Of a stretch of DNA of 64,000 bases, positions 1 to 10,345 are shown in pieces (position 1 is the stretch's first letter; each line of letters begins with the position of its first letter). Under the pieces are notes generated by a model. It saw nothing but the letters and a program-made list of their open reading frames with translations. It did not search any database and had not been told where the DNA came from. Source of the stretch: Nageia nagi (Eukaryota > Plantae > Pinophyta); contig JBITNC010000002.1 in assembly GCA_050084985.1 (NCBI GenBank), forward strand, positions 21,018,001-21,082,000. The letters run 5' to 3'. Made by a program: the position numbers and the translations under genes.

Positions 1-332
1 TATTCTTGTAAATGCATCAAAAGAAGTATGAGAATAATCTTGGTTAATTACCCCATGCTACCACCATTCAAGAGCATCTCCCTTGAGATACAATAATGCA
101 AAATAAATGGTATCTTCTTCGATCATGTTGGGGATCTAGTTGAAGTATGTTTGGAGTTGATGTAGCCATGCCTACCCATCATATTCCTCCAATCATATAT
201 AATTAACTATGTTTTATTTACCTTTTTATGGACTTCTTTCTTATCACCCCATGAATTTCCTTGAGAATGGGTCCCATGAGAACTATTCCCTTGGAGAATA
301 AATATCTCCAAATAACTATTGAAATTCACATC
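1..332 (-). mobile_element. Degenerate Ty3/gypsy gag fragment, interrupted by the element at 333-3020
   Basis: Minus-strand translation of ~20-170 gives AWLHQLQTYFN*..EEDTIYFALLYLKGDALEWW, a retrotransposon gag motif with in-frame stops. Confidence 0.7.
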
Positions 333-525
333 TGAAAGGAAATAGGAAAAACTTATATTGATACAATGAGACATACCTATAAATAGGCATTTACAAGAAC
401 GAATACCATGGTTTGAGCACATGGTATTGTGCATATGGTTTTACAAAACAACGATAAACATTAAATGATAACTAACTTAGGGACTCTAAAGTTAGATACC
501 CTAGCAAGCTTAACTTACTCTAACA
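333..525 (-). repeat. 3' LTR of the non-autonomous element
   Basis: tgaaagga...ctctaaca; 189/193 identical to 2828-3020; adjacent to the PPT. Confidence 0.95.
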
Positions 526-2404
526 CCCCCCTTTTAAGCTAGGCTAGGAGGTAGTAGACATAAGCAAACTAGTACAATATGGGTCCCGACAACAAGGCCT
601 GATGAGGTACCCATTAACAAAATGAATCAAGCACAAAGAAGTTGTAGAGCGACCAAAGATAATGAACATGTGCAACTGAAGAACAAAGAACCTCCAACAA
701 AAGTTGGATCAAAGAGTCACTACTCGATCAACACAAACAAAGAGAGTCCCTCAACCTGAAATTAGGGCATGAACTTTTCTTTGAAGAGCTTGTTGATGAT
801 GCAAAAGGCACACCAAATGGTACCTAGAACCCATTAACACTGTACCAAAAATGGTACAAGGATCCATGAAGGAAGTCGATGTCGAACTCAGGAACACTGT
901 CGAAGAAGATGGATCACCAAAACTCATTGTGCCAAGATTCAACACGATGAAGATAATGCAACACTAGGAAGATGCAACACGAGGAAGATGCAAAAAACTG
1001 GATACAAATAGAAGTCCTCCTAACTGAAACATGAAGTAATCCCCCATGAAAGATGCTGATGACCACACAACTTAGTAGAGAACAAGTCCACTAACTACGA
1101 CTGTCAAAAAATTGACGGGAGCATGAGGAATGATAACACAGTACTAAACATCAACCAAAGTGATGTTGAACAAAAGTTCAAGACTACAACAAGGTTTGAT
1201 CCTCATGATGTGTCTCCTAGGAACCTAGCAAAACAAAGTTGTAAATAAAGCCCCTCCTTAAAATTTGCCTTTATAAAATAGGCTTACAACCAATTTCATC
1301 AAAAACTATTCGAAGTCTGCTCCACAATGCAAAAAACGGCACTCAAAATGAAGTCCGTTTGCAAAAGTTATGGAATTAATTCGTTTTGGAGCAAAAATTA
1401 AATTTTTAATGCCCAAAACATTAGAAAAATTTAATTAAATTAAAAACAGTGAATTTAAATGGCAGAACTTCAAATTGTGATTCACGATTGATGGGGGAGG
1501 CAAAATGGGTCATGCAGCTACTCAAAACGATCGGAATGGAATGAGGAACATCATGAAAGTGTCCGTTCCCAAAAATGAGCCCCGATGAAAGCACAATCTT
1601 GAAAAACGTGACTGTTACACAAGCTGCCCCAATTAAATTGAAAGCTGAATCATCAAACACTCCTAACTTCCTCAAACGAGCTCGGATTCTAATGATCCAA
1701 AAGACAAAATTGTGTAACTCAAAAAAGGGTATCCGATTATGCTACCAGAAATCAAATTTGATGAACAGCAACTTCAAAAATTGTGCCTATCTTTTTCATG
1801 ACGTTTTCGAGCAAGTGAAGGGCACAAATCTCTCATAGCAGGAAGAACATACCCATTAGACAGCAAAGAGGCATGCACAGTCAGCAAGGAAACTTCAATT
1901 AGCAAAGGTGGCACGGGCTGAGGAAGGCTCGGAATTCACCAGCAAACCCGTCCATTCTCAGATCCGCAAGGAGGAAAAATGGCGAAGCAGCTGTAGCCAT
2001 CGTGGGAAGGAGCAGGAGGTAGTCGGAAGGCATGCCAGCGACGTAAGAGGCCGCAATGAAGCGGCAGACAGGAGGGCCGCCAGCAGAGTCGTGCAAAGGA
2101 GCTGAGTGAATGATGCACGGCCAGATCTGATCATTTATGCAGTCAAGCGGTGGTTGGCAAAGCGCGAAGCCAATGCAACAAAGCAGCGACGCGGAGCAGC
2201 AGCAGCGGAGGAGGCGGGAGGCATGCATCAAGGCAAACGAACTCGCTGCCAAAGGTGCCAGCTACAGAATGCGTGAGACAAGGTCTCAAATGCAAAGAGT
2301 GGGGATCCTGAAACCCATGAGCTGAAAAACCACGCGCATGCATGCAGATCCATGAAGAAAAGGACGCGAGAGAGAACCCAGCTATGAAGATCTGACGCCA
2401 ATTT

Positions 2405-2549
2405 CGATTCCCATGAATTAAAATTCATGGCCTTGTTGCAAAGGAATAGAATCAAAAGATCACCAATATCCACCATCGTCAATTTGATTCCCATGAGTTA
2501 AAAACTCATGGCCTTGTTGCAAAGGAATAGAACCAAAAAGATCACCAAT
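2405..2549. repeat. ~80-bp tandem duplication, each unit carrying a hairpin
   Basis: gattcccatga(a/g)tt...catggccttgttgcaaaggaatagaa..aaaagatcaccaat occurs at ~2406 and ~2486. Confidence 0.9.
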
Positions 2550-2816
2550 CGGGAATGGCACACAGTGACAACGAGGGGCCAAGGTAGAGGGTGATTAGGC
2601 CTCCCACAAATCCATCACTCTTTCTCGTTCACAAAATTCATGAACAACCACCAATCTACGTAGATTTCCTCTCCACAGAGAGCACAAACACAGGTCATCT
2701 ACCACAAAATTGAATGCAACAAAAAATGGAGGTGAGGGGGGATTGGCTCAAGAAGGCCAACCCCCCTTCACAGATTTGTTGATCAAACCTAGAGGGCAGG
2801 TTCAGAGATCAGATTT

Positions 2817-2827
2817 CTCTGATACCA
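2817..2827 (-). promoter_or_regulatory. Primer binding site (tRNA-iMet)
   Basis: ctctgatacca is the reverse complement of TGGTATCAGAG and abuts the LTR. Confidence 0.92.
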
Positions 2828-3020
2828 TGAAAGGAAATAGGAAAAACTTATATTGATACAATGAGACATGCCTATAAATAGGCATTTACAAGAACGAATA
2901 CCATGGTTTGAGCACATGGTATTGTGCACATGGTTTTACAAAACAACGGTAAACATTAAATGATAACTAACTTAGGGACTCTAAAGTTAGATACCCTAGC
3001 AAGCTTAACTAACTCTAACA
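2828..3020 (-). repeat. 5' LTR of the non-autonomous element
   Basis: tgaaagga...ctctaaca; directly adjacent to the PBS. Confidence 0.95.
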
Positions 3021-5161
3021 TTCTCAATTTTGAATCAAACATGGAATAATATTTGAAAATTTAATTTAATTCAAGGGAATTTGGGACACAATGTTTTACC
3101 TTATTTAAAGATCTTTTGGAAGAAATGGGCTTATGAGACCTAGGAGTGATCTATGGATCCCCTATATTTACAATATCCTCCTCCAAAAATCATCCCAATA
3201 GTAGATTGGTCCCATATGGTGATCTATGGGAGTGGGATATCATGAATGCATGCTCCTAGTGACTTAGTAACCCATGATGAGTGGATCCTCTATCTCTCAA
3301 ACTATATGATCTCCTCAAGCTAGGCTCTCTTTTGTTCCTTTCTAGATTCTTATGGATCATCCTTATAATCTTGAATGGAATGTAGTGGGATAGGATTAAT
3401 CAAATTTCTTTTTGGGGCTTTCTCTCTCTTGAACTAATCATCCATTTTAGCTACTTGATTTTGCACTACCTTACTCATGTTCTTAATGAACATAAGGAGC
3501 TCATTGAATTTTGTTTCTAGTGTGGACTATTTGGATAGTATAGGACTTCTTATTCTTTTAGATAGAGGAGATCTACCTCATATGGTTGAATTACCATCAC
3601 CATAGTGCTCTTCCTCCTGAACATTTTCCATCCAAGGGCCATTAGCCTCATTGTTTATGGTTCTAGCTATTGTTTCTTATTGCAACACTATCTTCCCACT
3701 TTTCCTTGATAAAGCCATCTCTCTTCTAGCACTGGCTCTAGTATAATGGCTATGAATTGTAGGTCTCATCCATAGGTTAGCCATATCAAGCTATGATACT
3801 ACTATAAAATCCCAAATAATTCTTCAAACAAATATTAACCAATAAATGAGCAATAAACATCAAATTACTCTTCTAGGTATGCCAAAACTAATCTAGGGTA
3901 TTAAACATGTATAAAAATATGCTAGAAACCCCAATGTTGCATCTTTTGAGCTTAAAAATACCTCAATAGCTCAATGTGGTACTAGGGAATCCATAAATCA
4001 TTCAAAATACACCACAAAAAATCCCAAAAAAATCATGTCATACCAAGAGCAATAATATATCATAAAACACACATCATAATGAGATAAGAAATGGTGATCA
4101 AGTGTCTCACAACTCAATTAATAAAGTAATAATGGGAATAATACAATACCAGGCCCTCAAGGGCTTAATGTTAGACTCAAAGGAGACAACTAAGGAATAC
4201 CAATATGTAAATATGATCAATGATATGAATATATTGTATAAAAAACCATATAGTACCAGATTAGTGGCCACCTCACTAAAGAGCTTCCTCATAGGCTAGC
4301 TCTTGACAAAGAGAACAAGTGCAATTTTGGAATGCCATTGGATGGATTCAAAGGTGTAGATAATTATGGAAGCCTCGAGATAGGGAAACCTCATAGCATG
4401 AACATTCACCTCAATTGCTAGTCATAAGGTTTTCTAATCCTCTTGGACTCTCTTTGGTCTATACACCCAAGTGTACTTGACACTGCCATGTCTTTGGTAA
4501 CTTTGAAGAGTAGAAGAGGTTTCATTATAATAATCAAAATATCTTTCCATTGATGCTCCAATATCTTTTATAACATTGTGTGGATCTAGATCTCACTTAT
4601 AAGTCATAACTTGACTCTCCAATCCAACATTGACATCCTAGAGGTTCTAAAATACCCAACATGGATGCCTAGGGATCATACATGGCCAACATGGGTATCT
4701 AGAAGTCATACATGCCCAACGTAGATATGTAGAGGCCATACATGGGTGTCTAGAAGTCATACATACCATCTTGATATCTGGGAGTCATGCATGGGTGCTT
4801 AGGTATCATCATGGGACAACGTGGGGGTATAGAAGTTTCCCAAGGATGGCACAAGTATTCAAGTGCTCCCAAATGTTGCTTGGGGCTATAAGTGATTATC
4901 CATATTAATGTGCCATCCAAGGTGCTATACAAGACTTGGGATTCCTATAATAAATATTTAGGATCACCAAGTGTACAAACAATAATAAAATAACTCATCC
5001 TTAGTTTGTGAGAAAAATATCCCTCTTTGAGGCTCAGAATGTGGGTCCAATGGACCATTATTTTTCTATCTAAGTAACTAATAATAAAAAAATAAAATAT
5101 TTACAAAGGGAACACCTAGGATCCCAAATTTATTTATTTTTATTCAAAAAGAGATGTTATA
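3021..5161 (-). mobile_element. Remainder of the old gypsy element (gag N-terminus, leader and probable 5' LTR)
   Basis: Lies between the gag fragment and the LINE break. Ends in gatgttata, a plausible deaminated ...TTACA LTR terminus, exactly where the LINE RT is cut. Internal boundaries uncertain. Confidence 0.45.
4636..4840. repeat. Degenerate ~30-bp minisatellite
   Basis: Repeated ctagaagtcatacatg(g/c)ccaacatgggtat-like units. Confidence 0.7.
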
Positions 5162-7247
5162 GTAGGGTGGAAGGAGAGTATCATCAACAAATTTAGAGTG
5201 AGTGATTGAGGGAATGAGATGGTTGAGATGTAGCCCTTTGATGTGTCTAGTAATTTTAAAATGTTTCAACACTCTACCTATAAGGGATTCCACCATAATA
5301 ATGAACAAGTATGGTGAAAATGGATCTCCTTGATGAAGATTGCAAGTGCTTTTGAGATACCCTTATGCACTTATATTTATCATAATAAAAAGGATGGATT
5401 ATGAATTAAAGTAGAGATTCAATTAAGTCATTGATCCTAAAATCCATACTTCTGCATTATACTAAGGACAAAAGGCCAATTTACTCTATCAAAATCTTTC
5501 ATCATATCCAATTTTCTAAAGAAAGATTAAAGGGAATGTAAAAGTTAATAAAGGAGCATAGGTCCATCCATGAGTTGTCTTTTGTTGATAAATATTTTTT
5601 GTTCATATGATATGAGGGTTGGAAACACATTTTTCAATCTATTGGCTATAAATTTTGAGATAATCTTGTAAATGGGGTTGTATTAGAAAATAGGTCTATA
5701 GCCATCAATAGATTTACCATTTTCTTATTTTATAATGAGAGCAATGAATGTATGATTAAATTGGCTTAAAGCTTCTTTGGATTAGAATGATTCTTGGATA
5801 ATTGCAATTACCTCATCTTTGAGGAGAGACCAAAATTTTTGATAAAAATCAAGAGGGAAATGATCAAGCCTAGGCGCATTGAAGCTTTTCATCTAGAACA
5901 CCATCTTTTCTACTTTTTCACCTAAAATGGGGGCAACAAGGCTAATGTTCTGAGTTGTAGTCACTAGGTTTGGGATTAAGTTCAAAAACTATTATTAAGC
6001 ATGGTCTCTTTGGCAGTCCTCTTCCTAAACAAAACATTGATAGAATGATATGATATCTTTATAAAGTTCCTCTGGTGAAGAAATGGTATTTCCTTCTGGA
6101 GTAATTATGTTGGAGATTTTATTGTTAACCTTGTGAGCCATGGTAGTGAGGTGAAAGAATTTGGTATTCTTATCACCTTCATTTAGCCAATTAAATATGG
6201 ATTTTTTCTTCCAAAAAACATCCTCTTGTAAATAAATCTCATATAATTATTATTTGAGAATTTGTTCCTAGATTAGTAATGCATCATATGGTGTAATTTG
6301 AAGTTTTGCTTAACTTGTAGTTCTGATTCTAATTTTGCTCTTTTCTTTAGAAATATTACCAAAAAATGTTTATTCCATTACTTTATTTTCTCTTTGAGTT
6401 GTCCCCATTTGATAGCGAAGTAAAAAATTCTTGAGCCTAGAATGTTGGGCTCCTCCTTCTACCAACCATCTACTAAATCAGAAAATATTGAGTGAAAGAA
6501 TGACAATATTTTCAATCTAAATGGAGTGCCTCACCTTTCGCAAGGTAGTTCTACAGATAGGGATATCGACCAATGATCGAAACCGCTATATGCTAAAACC
6601 TCTGCCTGAGCAATGAGTCTGTGTTTTAACAATTAGGAAGAAAGTAGAAATCTGTCCATCTTTTCCATGATAATATGTTGAGCCATTTTCTTATATGTGC
6701 AGGTAAAATTTGCTCAAAGGCTCATGAAGTTAGTTATGTTTAATGAAGTCATTAAATGGAAAATCTCGTTGTTCAACCTTTCTGTTACCTCCTTATTTTT
6801 CCAATAAATACTTGATTGCATTAAAATCACCCGCCATAACACATGAAATATCCTTATACAGGTCTAGCCAGTTGGAAACCTGCCTCTAACACTCTAGTTT
6901 CTTCAAAAGATCTTGAGAAGCATAAACATTCAAGATCCTGAATTTGAGATCTAAGTCATAAGTTTTGCATAAAAGAAATATGCAATTATTAGTTAGGATA
7001 TCTAGTTTACAATATAATTTAAATTTATCCCAAAGAGTGATCATCCCTCCTGGTTATCCATTCAAATTGCTGGTAAAAAGATAACTCTTAGTCCAAAAAT
7101 TATTTTATACTTACTTGCCTCTTCTATTGGTATTTTTGATTCTTGAATAAGGAGAACAGTGAGAGGAGAAGGGCTCACTAATGCTTTGACTTGAAGAAGT
7201 TTTAGAAGGCCATGAAGACCCCCAGTGTTCCAAGAAAGGAAGATCAT
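5162..7247 (-). mobile_element. Degenerate L1-type LINE ORF2 (endonuclease + RT), cut just after the catalytic motif
   Basis: MIFLSWNTGGL..LLIQESK (7247-), MAGDFNA (~6820), APRLDHFPLDFYQKFWSLL (~5830-5880), HSKFVDDTLL (~5171-5200); many stops and frameshifts. Confidence 0.9.
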
Positions 7248-8389
7248 TAAAAAACATGAAGCTTTTTGGAGGGCATAAGCTCCTCCAACTTCATTTGACT
7301 GCCTTCTTCAATGTTTTCCTTGGCTTCTTGGCTACGTTTTTACCGATTAGTAATGTGCCCCTTTTTCTTTATAATGATGCCAACAATAACATCTTTAATG
7401 GAATTGGGGGTCTCCTTGATGGATGCACTTCTCATCTTTTTTTTTTTTTTGATGCCTTTGGGTTCTCTACTGAGTATCCATTGATAAGAAGCAAAGCATA
7501 TGGGATCTTATGAGATGGATATTCCATGTTTGTATCTGTGAATTGTAGAAATAGGTCCTAAGCGGATTGAGTTATGGATGTTGGTTGCTTTGTTATATTA
7601 TTGTTCATATTATAATTCAAGCTTGGCATCTGATCAAACTGAGTATTAGATATTTTCATTTTATATTCTTGATTTTATGGAGATATTCAAATTTTTTTAA
7701 TTGTGACAAACAATAGTAGGATGGTAGAACATTATTTATTACTAAAGTGATGGTCCCTAGAGCATATTTTCATTTATTTTCCTTTTTTTTTTTAAAAAAA
7801 ATAATGTACTTGATTTAAAAAAAAAAAATAATGTACTTGATTTATAGCTTCCTAACTTATGCAAGTGACATGATAGATAAAAATTGTGTCCCTTATTCTA
7901 TAAAATAATGATGAGTACTTCTAGATGCCTTAGCTAACGATGATATCATTCAGAATCCTTATGCTTACCTAGAGGGTTGGATAGAATATGACGCTATTTT
8001 ATAGATGGCATCTGCTTGTTACATTAAGATCCATTCTTAGATTATTGTTATACTAACCTAAGCCTTTCTTATGCCAATTTGACCCTACCCAAGATGTGAT
8101 AGGTAGCTAACCCACTATTGTTTACTTTTATCATCATATAAAGTAGTCACCAGGCCATGTTGTAGTACCTTATTTTAGAGAGGATTAAGATGAGTCAGAT
8201 GACCATATTCCCTTTGATTCTCCTAAGGATATTGGTTTTTCTCTTGATTTCATGGACTGGTGGGATATTGTATGATGTTCCTCATTAGGTTTGATTACCA
8301 TTCATACTGATGAGGAACTAGTATGATGTTCCTCATTAGGTCGTTCTATAAATTTCAAGTCAAGTGTAGCCATGAGTTGACCGCCCTAC

Positions 8390-8746
8390 CTGATAGCGGG
8401 CTCCACTTCTTCTCCCTTCTTTGTAAATAGAAGGGCTTTCTGCTGCAACGTTACCACCATTCAATGTTGCTGCAAAATCCTCATAGCCGCAAGCACCAAC
8501 TGCAAACAATTTACGTTTATAAGCTTGACTGCTTATAACTAGGGAAAAAGAGAAATATAATTTCATGGTGCCATGGATAGTTATACCTTTTATAACCTGG
8601 TGATAGGTGAAGTATGCAATCTTTGACACACCATAATCACAGCATACGTCTGCCTGCATTTTAGTTGCAGCTACAAATACAGCAATCGTCATGATATACA
8701 CTACAAACTCAAGAGAAGTGTTGAACACAGATCCTGTTGGAGCCAT
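8390..8746 (-). pseudogene. EXLA: Expansin-like A copy 1, partial (exon1 8587-8746, exon2 8390-8499)
   Basis: MAPTGSVF...SKIAYF / GACGYEDF...SIYKEGRRSGARYQ with a GT-AG intron 1. Homology to copies 2/3 stops at ~8339 inside intron 2. Both Cys of CGAC are lost (SGAR). Confidence 0.85.
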
Positions 8747-9420
8747 GGCCTTGTCTTTTTTCTTCTCTGCTTCTCTCCACGAACAATAGCAAGAAAACAT
8801 CTGAGCAAAATGAAGGAGATGAGAGCGTTTTATAGCTTGGAAGCTCATTAAATATCATTGAATCACCTAAAGCCGTTCACCAATCACAGTTGGGACGAAC
8901 CGATAAAAGGATATGGAACTATAACTTCAGAAGATAGGAGTTAGCCACTTGGAGGACTTGTTTTTGGCTTTGTAACACAACTATGTGACTACGGTCGCAT
9001 AAATTGCAAATAATTCAATGAGATTGATGACTTGGCAATCCAACTTCTACATATTGATTAGAGGCCGCAATTCGACATCATTCAATGGAGTCTCATTTAT
9101 TGATTAACGACTCCTCGACCACTTGCAGTACGAGAATTCAACCGTTATGTGAACTTGGGCTAGAACAGGATATACTGATGTAGTTTTATTGTATTATATA
9201 TTGTCCTGGGAAATCGGAGAAGTTAAAATATGAGATTTTCATTTATATTTATATTTACATTTAAACTTAGGTTATAATATTTAATTTTTTTTGTTTTAAT
9301 AAAAATAATTTAAATTAAATAAAAAAGGTTTTTATTAAAAAAAGATTATCAGAAGTAGTAAAGTTCACATTTCTAGGCAGGTTCAGATTAATTCTATTAA
9401 TTGATTAGGAATACAATTAA
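8747..9420 (-). promoter_or_regulatory. EXLA 5'UTR/promoter block shared by the paralogues
   Basis: Aligns to ~45842-46500 and, in part, to ~60996-61385. Confidence 0.75.
8828..8834 (-). promoter_or_regulatory. TATA box of EXLA copy 1
   Basis: TATAAAA ~85 nt upstream of the ATG; identical in copy 2 (45923-45929). Confidence 0.65.
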
Positions 9421-9920
9421 AAAAGAAGTATCCTCAAAAAATTGTTATTAGATAAAAGGTACGAACATTAAAGTTTTCCGACAAGCATCCTTACCTGATG
9501 ACCATCATCTTCTTCCATGGAATAATAATTGAAGTTTTGTAATAAATATTTTGTATTTTATATGTGTTAAAGAATATCCTCTAAAAGTGTAAACATTTAA
9601 AATGTAACGATGGTTAATTCTTATTTCTTTATATATATATATATATATTAACATAATAACTTGATTATATAAATTAATATTCATTTCTCCACATACCTTT
9701 ATCTGCAAACAAAGTGTGTTTTATAATATTTTGTATATATATATTAACATAATAACTTGATTATATAAATTAATATTGATTAACTTTTGTTGATTATTTG
9801 TATAAATTATTAATTATTTTTTCACATATTTTATTTTCAAACAAATAAATTATTAATCTTCTCTCGATAAAACAATATTAATTAAAATTGTAAAAATATC
9901 ATTAACTTTTATTGAAATAT

Positions 9921-9922
<2 letters not shown>

Positions 9923-9963
<41 letters not shown>

Positions 9964-9976
9964 TATATATATATAT
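9923..9976. repeat. (AC)19 + (AT)7 microsatellite
   Basis: Direct read. Confidence 0.95.
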
Positions 9977-10345
9977 CAAAGATATCTAAGCTAGTTTATT
10001 TTAATGCAAGTTATCTTGTATAATTTATTCTTTAACATTTTGTATTTATATACTTTTGTATATTATGTTTTTATTATTTTTGAGCATAATCAATTATTAA
10101 TTTTTTTATATTTAACCAACATGTTTATGTTACACACATTTGGGTGAGAAATATGCTCATTATTTCATTAAGAAAATAAAATATTGTACATATATAGTTC
10201 AATGATAGAACTAGGAACTAGATTATAGATATTGTTGTTTGAGAATGATATTCTCATGTTCAAAAAATTATCAAATTAAGTCTACTTCAAAGTATCAAAA
10301 AGTCATTGTGAAAACCATAAAAAATCACTAAACTACATACATACA

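Larger units (their letters stand above)
333..3020 (-). mobile_element. Young non-autonomous LTR retrotransposon (TRIM/LARD-like, 2688 bp)
   Basis: Two 193-bp TG...CA LTRs (333-525, 2828-3020) with 4 mismatches. PBS TGGTATCAGAG (tRNA-iMet) on the minus strand at 2817-2827. PPT AAAAGGGGGG on the minus strand at 526-535. No recognisable gag/pol ORF. Confidence 0.93.

Noticed and set aside
333-525. Cassandra-type TRIM with 5S rRNA in the LTR
   Set aside because: No recognisable 5S A/C-box sequence in the LTR.
598-640. CTGATGA near the PPT suggesting a hammerhead ribozyme (retrozyme)
   Set aside because: No stem II followed by GAAA, and the motif is outside the LTR. CTGATGA at ~1057 and ~8307 fails the same way.
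1899-2494. Cluster of overlapping short ORFs
   Set aside because: A by-product of high GC in the element interior; no recognisable domains.
7500-8270. LINE ORF1 or copia RT remnant
   Set aside because: Only vague motif resemblance; left unassigned.
8360-8848. 162-aa ORF as a single-exon gene
   Set aside because: Read-through of 5'UTR, exon 1, the 87-nt intron 1 and exon 2. Its start lies upstream of the TATA box; the real start is 8746.
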